Notes: a model not told the origin generated them from the letters alone. A stretch of 64,000 nt of DNA from Cyanobacteriota bacterium (GCA_046052125.1 JBJOMY010000001.1:128001-192000); one strand, 5' to 3'; shown: positions 41,254-50,435, counted from the first letter of the stretch. Numbers and translations: made by a program.

Positions 41254-41402
41254 GTGCAATACGCCCTCACCCCTGAGTGCAAGTTGCCCTCACCCCTGAG
41301 GTCAATACGCCCTCACCCGTGGGTGCAAAACGTCTTCACCCGTGAGTGCAAGTTGCCCTCACCCAGTACGGGACTCGAGGCCGAGGTGAGGGCAACTTGC
41401 AC
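41254..41402. repeat. Iteron-like array: five direct repeats at 23-bp period plus one inverted copy (putative origin)
   Basis: Units start at 41254, 41277, 41300, 41323, 41346 (GTGCAAnnnGCCCTCACCC); inverted GGTGAGGGCAACTTGCAC at 41385-41402. Confidence 0.9.
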
Positions 41403-41491
41403 CCACCTCACGGCAACCATTCAGGAACAACCGTCCGAGGCACCGCCATAACCCAGTTCGATCGGTCGGCGCAACCGTGGAAACCCGGGGA

Positions 41492-42451
41492 ATGCTCGCG
41501 GCAGTTGCGCCATTCCCCATGCCCCCTCGTCATGCTCCCGTTGCTTCCACCGTTCACACCTGGCTGAACACCAGCTCGGCCCATCGCCCCTTGTGCGAGC
41601 GCACGGTGATGGAACTCTCCCGCCGCATTCAGCGCTGGCAAACGCATCCCGATGGTCCGGCCCATGCCCCCAAACCCATCCGCCGCAGTGCCCTGCGGGC
41701 CCGGGAGCAGCTGGTGCGCCACAACCTCGGCCTGGTGGCTCTCACCTGGAATCGCCATCGGTGCAGCCTCCCGGCTCATGACGACACCACCGCCGATGCC
41801 CTGCAGGAAGGAGCACTGAATCTGATGCGCGCCGCCGAGAAATTTGATGCCAGCAAGGGCTATTGCTTCTCCACCTACGCCGTGTTCTGGGTGCGGCGCG
41901 GCTTTGCGGAGTTCGAGCAACGCTTTAAGCGCGCGATTCGTTTCCCGGCGGAGAAAGCAGCGGTGGTGATCAAGGCGCTGCGCCTCAGCCAGGAGCATCT
42001 AGCCAACACAGGGGCCGAGCCTGATCTGGAGTGGCTGGCAGCGCAGCTGACGTTCAAGCGCAAACCACTCAGCCCCGAGAAGTTGGCGGAGTTCATCCGT
42101 CAGTGGGAGGCCACCCGCACCGGTTCTCTGGAGAGCGCCAACGACCACCAAGACGGGCCCTGCAGCATCAATCGCCTGGATCAGGCCTCACTGCGCCAGG
42201 CAGAAGAACAACAACAAACAGAAACGGCCGATCCACAACACGCCGCCCTGCCGCAGTTGATGGACTGCCTGGAGGAGCGTGAATACCGCCTGATTCGCAA
42301 CCGTTACCTGCGCCGGCCGCCTCTGAGCCCCTCTCAGCTCAGCCGCTCCATGGGCGGCATGACACCGGAGCAACTCATGCAGCTGGAAGCACAGGCCCTC
42401 GAGAAGATGCGTTTGGCCGCCGATCAGCTCGGCGACGAGTTCGCGGCCTGA
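41492..42451 (+). CDS. Divergent RpoD-like sigma-70 factor
   Basis: AREQLVRHNLGLV, LQEGALNLMRAAEKFDASKGYCFSTYAVFW; degenerate region 4; start uncertain. Confidence 0.88.
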   Translation: MLAAVAPFPMPPRHAPVASTVHTWLNTSSAHRPLCERTVMELSRRIQRWQTHPDGPAHAPKPIRRSALRAREQLVRHNLGLVALTWNRHRCSLPAHDDTTADALQEGALNLMRAAEKFDASKGYCFSTYAVFWVRRGFAEFEQRFKRAIRFPAEKAAVVIKALRLSQEHLANTGAEPDLEWLAAQLTFKRKPLSPEKLAEFIRQWEATRTGSLESANDHQDGPCSINRLDQASLRQAEEQQQTETADPQHAALPQLMDCLEEREYRLIRNRYLRRPPLSPSQLSRSMGGMTPEQLMQLEAQALEKMRLAADQLGDEFAA

Positions 42452-42571
42452 ATCATCACCAGCGCACTCAGCCCAACACAACGCCCAGGGGCAACTCACC
42501 TCTGAGCGTTTGTGCTGTTGTGGTGCAACTCGTCTGCGCGTTGCTACAGCGAGGAAGCGCCGATTCGCGGC

Positions 42572-43354
42572 ATGACACCCAACGAGATCCGCACCACGCT
42601 GCTCAGCCAGAAGCAGCGAGTTGCCGAGGCCTGCCAGGGCTGGACGGTGGTGAGCTGCAGTCCCGACAACGAACTCACGGCGATGGCGGCACTGCTGGTG
42701 CCCAACTGCAGCCTGGCCAGTGGATCCATTGCAGAACTGCTCGCGGAATTACCCCAGGAGCTCGAGCAGCTCTTGGTGATTTGCGATGACGCACTCCCCG
42801 ATGGGGGCGTGGTGGAGCTGATGCGCCAACTCAGAGAAGCCCGGCCTCAAGCCACCTGCCGGTTTCTGGTCTATCTCCCCAAAAGCACGGCCCAGCCAAG
42901 GCTCGAGCAACTGCTGGCCCATGGAGCCGATGCGCTCTGTTGCCGCAGCAGCGGCGGAAGTGGCGCGGTACTCAGCGCCTTAGTGCAAGCCCTCAATGGC
43001 ATGCAGAGCGTGGATGGAGCCTTCCGGCAACGCCTGAAACGATCACACCGTTGCACGGAACAGCCAGCGCTCAGCTCTAAGGAACTGGAGCTCATTCACC
43101 TACTGGCAAGGGGCCACAACGGCCCCCAGATCGCTGCCCTGCGGCGCAAGCGCTGCGACAGCATTCGCCATCAGCTCAGCCTGATCTACCGAAAGACTGG
43201 TGTGAAGGGGCAACGCGGACTGATCGCCTGGGCCCTCGCCCATGGTGTGATCAGGCCGCTGGATCTTGAGCCATCAGCTCCTGGACAGGAGCCAGGCGAA
43301 CAGCTCTCCGCGGCAGGTGGCAGGAAGCACCGGAACCAGCCAACACATCACTGA
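42572..43354 (+). CDS. LuxR-type HTH regulator with degenerate receiver domain
   Basis: LSSKELELIHLLARGHNGPQIA...IYRKTGV. Confidence 0.78.
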   Translation: MTPNEIRTTLLSQKQRVAEACQGWTVVSCSPDNELTAMAALLVPNCSLASGSIAELLAELPQELEQLLVICDDALPDGGVVELMRQLREARPQATCRFLVYLPKSTAQPRLEQLLAHGADALCCRSSGGSGAVLSALVQALNGMQSVDGAFRQRLKRSHRCTEQPALSSKELELIHLLARGHNGPQIAALRRKRCDSIRHQLSLIYRKTGVKGQRGLIAWALAHGVIRPLDLEPSAPGQEPGEQLSAAGGRKHRNQPTHH

Positions 43355-43706
43355 GTCGTTCTGCGCCCAGGAGTGCATCGAGCTCAACGATCTGCACCGC
43401 CTCCCGCTGACGGGGCAGCCAACCGGCGAGCAAGCGCCGATCACCCAGGGGCAGTGGCTGGGGCAGCTCGAGCCGGTGGCCAAGGAACGGCAACCAACGC
43501 CCGATGCCATCGCTCTCGCGCCAGGGCTCAAAGCTGGCCACCTCCACCAGCTGCGTGAGGGTGGTTTCGCCGTAGCTGAGGGAGGTGAGATACATCACGT
43601 CCTTGAGTTGCTCGGCCTCGAGCGGCAGCGGCATCCAGAAGCCGCGGTCGGCGGCGTTCACGATGGCGTCACGGTGGTGGTGGGTGAGCAGAACCTTGGT
43701 GGTCAT
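43251..43706 (-). CDS. Hypothetical protein
   Basis: 151-aa ORF with host-like codons; 3' end overlaps the LuxR gene tail. Confidence 0.6.
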   Translation of the reverse strand: MTTKVLLTHHHRDAIVNAADRGFWMPLPLEAEQLKDVMYLTSLSYGETTLTQLVEVASFEPWRESDGIGRWLPFLGHRLELPQPLPLGDRRLLAGWLPRQREAVQIVELDALLGAERLSDVLAGSGASCHLPRRAVRLAPVQELMAQDPAA

Positions 43707-43759
43707 GGCGGTGAGGAATCACTGCACCGTTTCTGGCTTTGAGGACCCCGCTGGCACCA

Positions 43760-43818
43760 CCCACAGATGTGGGCTCACCTACCCCACAGGTGTGGGATCA
43801 ACGCGCCACGGGTGTGGG
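43760..43818. promoter_or_regulatory. Three palindromic operator-like sites
   Basis: CCCACAgaTGTGGG (43760), CCCACAggTGTGGG (43783), gCCACgggTGTGGG (43805). Confidence 0.75.
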
Positions 43819-44003
43819 CTTCTTCCCACGGCCAGGATCTCGGATTCGTAGTGCCGTTAGTGATTCCACGGCCGCCGTTAGGTACGGCTCGCCTCAATCC
43901 CTCACCCTTTCTTCCAGCACCAAACCGTCCAACGCAGCCCCAATCCCACCGAAAAGGGGGCTCTGCCCCCCCTCGGAACCCTTTGGGGAGTTGCCTGACA
44001 TTC

Positions 44004-44222
44004 ATGTCTGATGTTGTTCGTGCTGGAGCCATCGGCGCTCTGATGGCGGTGGCCGTGCAGGCGTGTGGGCCGACACCGATTGGAGCGGTGATGCGCGCGG
44101 CGGTTGAGGTTCCGGTTTATGCCGCCAAATCGATCGCGGCAACGAGGATTCAGAGCAACGCCGGTAGCCTCCCGCACCTGCAAAACACTGCATGCCAAGA
44201 TGCTGCCTGCGGCGGCCGATGA
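44004..44222 (+). CDS. Small hypothetical protein
   Basis: Stop overlaps the sigma start (ATGA); hydrophobic N-terminus ending VQAC. Confidence 0.5.
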   Translation: MSDVVRAGAIGALMAVAVQACGPTPIGAVMRAAVEVPVYAAKSIAATRIQSNAGSLPHLQNTACQDAACGGR

Positions 44223-44632
44223 CGAGTGCTCAGCGGGCGTTTGCCTGCGAGCACCTGGGCCTGGCGCATCAACAGGCGCACCGCTTTGCCCGCCGTTGGT
44301 CGATGGCGGTTGATGACTTGATCGGCCCTGCCTACGAGGGCCTGTGCAAAGGAGCGATTGGCTTTGATCCAACGCTGGGTCATCGCCCGTCCAGCTATCT
44401 CGTCCCGAAGGTGAAGGGCGAATTGCTGCACCACCTGCGCGATACGGGCTTCTCGCTGCGCATCAGCCACCGGCTGCGGGAGCTGTGGATCAAAGCCCGC
44501 AGATACGTCGCTCAGGGATTAACCGATCAGCAGATCTCAGAAGCGCTCGAAGTACCGCTGGAGCGCTGGCTGGATTGTCGCCGCGCCTGCGGACAACGGC
44601 CACTGCCATTGCACGAAGTCGAGCGCGATTGA
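44219..44632 (+). CDS. Short SigF/FliA-like sigma factor (regions 2-3 only)
   Basis: HLGLAH, DDLIGPAYEGLCKG, FDPTLGHRPSSY, KGELLHHLRD. Confidence 0.82.
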   Translation: MTSAQRAFACEHLGLAHQQAHRFARRWSMAVDDLIGPAYEGLCKGAIGFDPTLGHRPSSYLVPKVKGELLHHLRDTGFSLRISHRLRELWIKARRYVAQGLTDQQISEALEVPLERWLDCRRACGQRPLPLHEVERD

Positions 44633-44733
44633 GCGCAGACGGTGTTGTCCATGTCGGAACCCTTAGGGGTCCAAACAATCACCGCCCAGTTTTCACAGGC
44701 ACCGCCAGTAGCCTCCCGCACCTGCACTGTTTT

Positions 44734-45906
44734 ATGGGTTCAGCCAAACACCGCCAGCCACCATCCCGCCATCTCCCCGGCCGGGGGCACGTACCGGCTA
44801 CGAACAACGACCAAGACCGCGAACTGCTGCAGTTCAATGTGCGTCTGGCGAAGGCCCGCCAGGCCCAGGCCGACACCAACCGGATTGAGCGCAAGGCCTT
44901 CCGCGAGCACGCCCGCGTGGAGAACGCCGTTGCCGCCTACACCCGCGAGCTGTGTTCCCTCCTGGATCAGCGCGGCTTTACCCGAGGCGTCACCCTCAGC
45001 CGGATCCCGGAGGGTGGTGATTCGGTGTTGATCGTGCAGCTCAGTGATCTGCACTTTAACGAGCGTGTTGAACTCCCCTCGAACCGCTACGACTTCACCG
45101 TTGCCTCGCAACGGTTGCGCAAGCTCGCTCAGCGCGTGAAGCAACTGGGGCAGAGCTACGGCGCCCGCAAGGTGGTGGTGGCCTGTCTGGGGGATTTCCT
45201 CAACAGCGATCGCCGCCTCGATGAGCTGCTCAGCAACAGCACCAATCGCTCGCAAGCCACGCTTCTGGCAGTGGACATCATGAGAGCGTTTCTGCTTGAT
45301 CTGCGGGAGCAGTTTGAGGTTGAGGTCTACGGCATCACCGGTAATGAAAGCCGCGTGAACAAAGAGCTCGGCTGGAGCGATGAACTCGCCACCGACAGCT
45401 ACGACCTGATGATCTACGAGATCCTCAAGCGCGGCTTTGCCGGCACAGGTGGCATCGCCTTCTGCGGCTTCCGGGCCAATGAACTGCTCTTTGAGGTGAT
45501 GGGCCGCACCTTCCTGTGTCTGCACGGCCACCAAATCGGCTCGAAGGTGCAGAAGTCGGTGCAGGAAATCGCCGGGAAGTACGCCGCCCAGGGCATCACG
45601 GTGGACTACACCCTTTTTGGCCACCTGCACGCCAGCGAAGTGGGCGACTACCACGCCCGTAATGCCTCCCTGGTGGGCAGCAACGCCTACTCAGAAGCAG
45701 GGCTCAACTTCTGCAGCAAGGCCGCTCAGAACGTCCACATCGTCTCTGGCGCCAAGGGGGCCGGAACGATTGATGGGCTCAAGGTCGACCTACAGGACGT
45801 GAGCGGCATCGAGCCCTACGCGTTCAACCGCGAATGGGAGGCCTACAGCCCCAAGAGCGAACGCAAACTCCACACCACCTCTGTCGTTTATCAGGTTGTT
45901 GTCTGA
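44734..45906 (+). CDS. Calcineurin-like metallophosphoesterase
   Basis: SDLH, LGD, GNE, HGH, GHLH motifs. Confidence 0.85.
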   Translation: MGSAKHRQPPSRHLPGRGHVPATNNDQDRELLQFNVRLAKARQAQADTNRIERKAFREHARVENAVAAYTRELCSLLDQRGFTRGVTLSRIPEGGDSVLIVQLSDLHFNERVELPSNRYDFTVASQRLRKLAQRVKQLGQSYGARKVVVACLGDFLNSDRRLDELLSNSTNRSQATLLAVDIMRAFLLDLREQFEVEVYGITGNESRVNKELGWSDELATDSYDLMIYEILKRGFAGTGGIAFCGFRANELLFEVMGRTFLCLHGHQIGSKVQKSVQEIAGKYAAQGITVDYTLFGHLHASEVGDYHARNASLVGSNAYSEAGLNFCSKAAQNVHIVSGAKGAGTIDGLKVDLQDVSGIEPYAFNREWEAYSPKSERKLHTTSVVYQVVV

Positions 45907-46268
45907 TGTGTCTTTCCACTCCCAGCTGCAGCGCCCAGCAGAGCGCTGAGATCCAAACCGCGCTGCTCCAAGCGATTACTGGGCTCACTCAACTGGTGAG
46001 TCAGCTGGCGACGCAGTTCCCCACCAAACCAGCCGCCGCGGATGCAGAGCCCTGGATGGAAGAGCGCGAACCCGAAGTGGCTCAAAGCACGGCCGCGACC
46101 TGCACGCCCAACCTCACCACCCTCTGGGATGAGCTCTCGGTGAAAGAACTGCGGTCCTTCCTGCGCAGCTTCCCGATTGATCGCAGTTCCCTGCCCGCCG
46201 CCATCGAGCGCCTACGCCGCTCCGAGCTGATCGAAGCCCTCAACCAAATCCAAGCCCTGGACCGCTGA
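45906..46268 (+). CDS. Hypothetical protein with C-terminal HeH/Rho-N-like motif
   Basis: LSVKELRSFLR...LRRSELIEAL; overlaps the upstream stop. Confidence 0.6.
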   Translation: MCLSTPSCSAQQSAEIQTALLQAITGLTQLVSQLATQFPTKPAAADAEPWMEEREPEVAQSTAATCTPNLTTLWDELSVKELRSFLRSFPIDRSSLPAAIERLRRSELIEALNQIQALDR

Positions 46269-46311
46269 GGCGCCAGCCGCCTTGGCACAGCAAACCCAAT
46301 CACTCCCGCCT

Positions 46312-46788
46312 ATGACCACAACCGTCACCACCACCAATCCCACCGCCCTTGGCGAACCCACCCCCGGATCCCCGGAAGCCCTTTTGCTCCTGGCCAACGC
46401 TGGAGTGCTCCCCGCCAGTGCCGGCACAGAAGACCCACGCTTCTCCGCTGACGCCATCACAAGCTGCGTCTCCCGCCTGCTCGAGGTGAAGCAACAACAG
46501 GAGCTGCTGGCCAATGAGCAGAAGGAACTGAACGAACAGCTGCGCCTCGCTCACCTACGCGGTGATCTGCTGTCCCTCCTGCATGCCGGTAAAGACGGCA
46601 ACGGCTACCAGATCACTCCGGATCTCGTACTCAACCGGCGCCCTGGCCGTAAGCAGTGGACCTATTCGATCGACTGCAAAGAGATCGAATGCCAGCTCAA
46701 GTCACGCCAGAGCTATGAGCAGCAGAGCGGTGTGGCCAGCTACAGCGTGGGTGCGGCGTTCTGGGAGGTGCGGACTGGGAAGGGCTGA
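46312..46788 (+). CDS. Hypothetical protein
   Basis: Coiled coil followed by KQWTYS and FWEVR. Confidence 0.65.
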   Translation: MTTTVTTTNPTALGEPTPGSPEALLLLANAGVLPASAGTEDPRFSADAITSCVSRLLEVKQQQELLANEQKELNEQLRLAHLRGDLLSLLHAGKDGNGYQITPDLVLNRRPGRKQWTYSIDCKEIECQLKSRQSYEQQSGVASYSVGAAFWEVRTGKG

Positions 46789-46915
46789 CGCCCGCTGAAG
46801 AAGGAATCAACGAGCATCCCTGGGTCACGGCCCGGGGCTTTTTGCTGCAAGCCAACAGCGAGAGGTCGTTGATGACCTGGTCGATGGCTACGACCCGGAA
46901 AGCAACTCAATTGCA

Positions 46916-47077
46916 ATGGGCCTGCTCTACGAACTGATCGTCGACACCGAGGCCGGTACCACCACCGTTCAACTCGAAGCCAACAGCAAGCAAGAAGCTC
47001 TCGAGAGTGCTCAGGAGCTTTATCCCGGTTGCCGATTGGCGCTGGTGAGCCCGGAGCCGGGAGAGCAGAAGGGCTGA
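46916..47077 (+). CDS. Small hypothetical protein (53 aa)
   Basis: MGLLYELIVDTEAG...AQELYPG; below the ORF-track cutoff. Confidence 0.5.
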   Translation: MGLLYELIVDTEAGTTTVQLEANSKQEALESAQELYPGCRLALVSPEPGEQKG

Positions 47078-47197
47078 GCAATCACCGCCCAACCAAAACC
47101 CCCCGAGCAGAGCCCGAGGGTGATGGATCAATCACGCTGCAAGTCCATGGACTGAAGCGGCTGGCGTTGGCGCCTGGGGTCACGTCACCTCAGCGAG

Positions 47198-48289
47198 CTA
47201 AGGCCCATCCCTGGTGAAACAACGACTCACAAAGGGGGATGTCATGGCTCGCAACAGGGCGCTGTAGCTGAGCTGGTAGCGCTGTTCATCACCTACCTGT
47301 GGCTTCACGCCCAGGCATCCCACGACCAGATGATCACTGGAGGCGCCGCGGATAACGACACCATTTGGTGGGCTTAACCCTTGTGGATCAACATCTTGTT
47401 CACCCAGCGCTAGCAGCACTCGATATTCAGAACCTGGCGCGGTTGAGGTTGGCTGTGGCTCTGGCTTTGGGATTGCTGAGGCAAAGCTTGTGCGTTGGCG
47501 CTCTCCCCAGGGTTGGCTTGGTTTCAACTTGGCCTCGATCACTTCAGCCACCAACGTGATGGCATTGGTGAATAGGCCAGGGATAGCTGTGCGCCTCAGG
47601 GGCTCTCGGCCGAGCAGTAGGGCCTCCCCCAAGCGCAAGTGATTGAGGCGCCCGGGCTCTCCTCCGGCGGCCAACCAGGGCAAATTTGCAGAATTCCCGC
47701 CAGAGCACCAAGGCAAACGCACACCAAAGCGACGCTCCAAGGCGTTCGTAAGCCGTGAGAGCTCAGCCATGTTCAGCGCATCGGGGACAACCCCGTGCTG
47801 ACAGCCCAGATTGGCGCCGATTCCCATCAAGCGCAGATTGGGGAGGGCCAGGGTTTGTTGCGCCAGCGCCTCGAGATCCATTGCCAGGATTCCTTCACGC
47901 AAGTCGCCCAGCTCCACCATCAACAACACCCCATGGCAAATTCCTTGCCGCTGGGCCGCTGCAGACAATGCCCGCAACACACTCAGTTCGCTGTTGCAGC
48001 TGATGGCTGCGTGGGTAACCACGCGTTCAACCTGAGTGAGCATTGGGGAGCGAATCAAGAGCATGGGTACGCCAACCCCAGCCGCTGCAAGGGCTTCGAT
48101 GCTCTCGATTCGGGATTCACCGATCGAGGCCACCCCGGCATCCACCCAGGTGTGCACGATTTCGGGAAGGCCCAGCGTCGCCTTGCTCACACCCGTCACG
48201 GCAATCCCCTGCAGGGCCAGACGTCCCACAAGGGTTTTGGCGTTGTGGTGCAGTCGCCCGAGGTGGATCTCGAGCCGCGGTGCACTCAC
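47198..48289 (-). CDS. PLP-dependent alanine/ornithine racemase family protein
   Basis: VTGVSKA (PLP Lys), ELGDLREG, SGGNS, HLRLGE, GASSDH. Confidence 0.88.
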   Translation of the reverse strand: MSAPRLEIHLGRLHHNAKTLVGRLALQGIAVTGVSKATLGLPEIVHTWVDAGVASIGESRIESIEALAAAGVGVPMLLIRSPMLTQVERVVTHAAISCNSELSVLRALSAAAQRQGICHGVLLMVELGDLREGILAMDLEALAQQTLALPNLRLMGIGANLGCQHGVVPDALNMAELSRLTNALERRFGVRLPWCSGGNSANLPWLAAGGEPGRLNHLRLGEALLLGREPLRRTAIPGLFTNAITLVAEVIEAKLKPSQPWGERQRTSFASAIPKPEPQPTSTAPGSEYRVLLALGEQDVDPQGLSPPNGVVIRGASSDHLVVGCLGVKPQVGDEQRYQLSYSALLRAMTSPFVSRCFTRDGP

Positions 48290-49431
48290 GTGCTCAGGAG
48301 TCGTTCAACGCTGAGTTCCGGGAAGGCACGCACCACCATCGCCACCAGGCTTGATCCGGGGCGGCTGACTGCATCGGTGACCGGAATGTCGAGCTCGGCC
48401 TCGTAGAGGGCGATGGCAGCCGTGAGCTCAGCATCATTCATCCCTTCATGGTTGATGGTCAGACCGATCACACGGGTGGGCGCAAAGGCCTCAATGAGCC
48501 GAATTTCACTGGCTGGCGAGGGCATCGGCAGAAAGGGAAAATCACTGAGACAGCGTCGAGCCGGCGCATGCTGCAGGATCACGGCCTGCGGCTGGCAGCC
48601 GCGCAGGATGAAACTTGAGGAGAGATAGGCGGGGTGGCTGAGGGCACCCTGGCCTTCGATCACGATCACGTCGGGCTGCTCACTCTCGTAGGCCTCCACA
48701 ACCGCCGCCTCAACTTCGCCAGAGCAAAACTGCGATGGGATGGCATCCAGGGGAACGCCAAAGCGCCCACCCTGGATCAGCCCTGTCTGGCCTGTGTTCA
48801 CAAGCACCGCCTTGATGCCGTGGGCCTGAAGCGCCTGCACCAGCAGGGTTGCAGTGGTTCGTTTCCCGATCGCTCCATCAGTACCCAGCACAGCGATGCG
48901 CAGGCAGCGCGCCCGGCTGATTGATCCATCGAACAGCTTCAGATCCTTGAGGGGGGCCGGTCGTCGCACATCGCGGATCGTGACCTGATGGCGGGCAGCC
49001 ACTGCCAAGAATTCCGGATCGTCAGTCAGAAATTCGCGCATGCCACTCACGAGATTGAGGCCTGCGGCCATCGCATGTCGCAACACCTGCCGGTCCTCCA
49101 CACGGAAGAGACCATCGGCAGGGGCCATCCCGTAAATGAAGGTGTCTGGAACGGCGCCGGGCAGATCTTTGCCTTCTTCCAGGCTACAGACAATTGGAAT
49201 GCCCCTGAATACGCCATCAAGCACCATGCCGGCATCCATACCGGCGCACTCACTGTCAATCACAGCGCTGATTGTGTAGGCCTCACAGTGACGAACCAAC
49301 CCGTGAGCTGTTTTACCGTCGGGACCAGCGAAATGACCTTCGCAGTAAACAATGGCCGTTGATCGCACGGTTGGAATCAACCGGTGCATGGCGGCGGAAT
49401 TCAGATCAATGATCTGAGTTGGAAATGACAA
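48286..49431 (-). CDS. DUF1611 family P-loop protein
   Basis: GKTAHGL, GTDGAIGKRTT, TGQTG, IEGQGALSHP; start uncertain. Confidence 0.9.
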   Translation of the reverse strand: MSFPTQIIDLNSAAMHRLIPTVRSTAIVYCEGHFAGPDGKTAHGLVRHCEAYTISAVIDSECAGMDAGMVLDGVFRGIPIVCSLEEGKDLPGAVPDTFIYGMAPADGLFRVEDRQVLRHAMAAGLNLVSGMREFLTDDPEFLAVAARHQVTIRDVRRPAPLKDLKLFDGSISRARCLRIAVLGTDGAIGKRTTATLLVQALQAHGIKAVLVNTGQTGLIQGGRFGVPLDAIPSQFCSGEVEAAVVEAYESEQPDVIVIEGQGALSHPAYLSSSFILRGCQPQAVILQHAPARRCLSDFPFLPMPSPASEIRLIEAFAPTRVIGLTINHEGMNDAELTAAIALYEAELDIPVTDAVSRPGSSLVAMVVRAFPELSVERLLST

Positions 49432-49797
49432 AAAAGCCAGGCCAATCCCGCAGCACAGTTGTGGCGGCTGGGTGACATGGGTGCCTTCACTCTAGGCAGG
49501 GTTGGCCACAGAAGGGGGTGTCGATCAGTCAGGCGCACGAGGTGAGAACAAGCTGAAGGGCTGATCTCTTGCCCCGCTGAACGACCCCGCCCACGGTTGA
49601 GTGAAGACTGTTGGAGCAGGGGCCTGCAGTCAGCGGTGCTTCTAGATCTGCTGCTGGGGTGGGGTATCTGCCATGGGTGGCGCCTCCCTGGGTTGGTGAT
49701 CACAGATTCGCTCCGGCCAGTGCGCTGAGCAATCCGTTTTTTCACGCATTGCCTTGCCCGCAGAACAGGAGCAGCGTGGTTGGTTTGGCCTTGTTGT

Positions 49798-50106
49798 TCA
49801 GCGCCAAAGCACCATCCGCGGGGGCTGGGGTGGATGCCATTGCGGGGCGCAGGGTGCCCAGCCGTCAGCCCTGCGTTGACGCCACAACTCAATGGCCTTC
49901 TCACGGCTGAGTCGTTGGCGCCGCTTGAGCAACGGCGCGGTTTGGTCGCTCAGCCACTCACCACTGGTGACCTCGAGCTCCTGCTGCGAACGTCTCCAGA
50001 TCACCGGCTTGAAATGGAGCACCTGGCGGCCGTCACTCAACCAGGCCTCAGCCGGGTTGGAAGGGATTCGCTGCCCTTGATCTTGTTGGGCATTGGGCAC
50101 CCACAC
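49798..50106 (-). CDS. DUF1651-like protein, copy B
   Basis: AWLSDGRQVLHFKP, PLLKRRQRLSREKAIELW. Confidence 0.78.
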   Translation of the reverse strand: MWVPNAQQDQGQRIPSNPAEAWLSDGRQVLHFKPVIWRRSQQELEVTSGEWLSDQTAPLLKRRQRLSREKAIELWRQRRADGWAPCAPQWHPPQPPRMVLWR

Positions 50107-50109
50107 GCG

Positions 50110-50403
50110 TCAGCCCACCTCCGGCGCCCAACCCCGCTGGCGGGTCATGTCGTCGGTCCAGCCCTGGCAGCGGCTCAGGAGGTGATCACCATGAGCAATC
50201 AGGCCCTGATGCAGCTGGCAAGTGAGCAGCGGAATGCACTGCGCTCCGGCGTGGTGCCTGAACCAATGGCAGGTCATGCAGACCTTGCGACTACGACTGG
50301 CTACCAGCACGTCGCCATCGAGGTAAGGCCAGCCCTCGCAGTCGGCTGCGGCCTCAACCGCAGCCGTCACTGAGCGGACTGACCTTGGACGGGAGAGCGC
50401 CAT
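50110..50403 (-). CDS. Small Cys/His-rich putative metal-binding protein, copy B
   Basis: CMTCHWF...CQLH...WAPE; same length as copy A. Confidence 0.8.
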   Translation of the reverse strand: MALSRPRSVRSVTAAVEAAADCEGWPYLDGDVLVASRSRKVCMTCHWFRHHAGAQCIPLLTCQLHQGLIAHGDHLLSRCQGWTDDMTRQRGWAPEVG

Positions 50404-50420
50404 CACCAAACTCCTGCAGT

Positions 50421-50435
50421 CGTACACCTGTACTA
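50421..50435. promoter_or_regulatory. Putative LexA (SOS) box
   Basis: cGTAC-ACCT-GTACTA (minus strand TAGTACAGGTGTACG). Confidence 0.75.

Noticed and set aside
41254..41364. CRISPR array
   Set aside because: Repeats are contiguous at 23-bp period with no unique spacers, and there are no cas genes.
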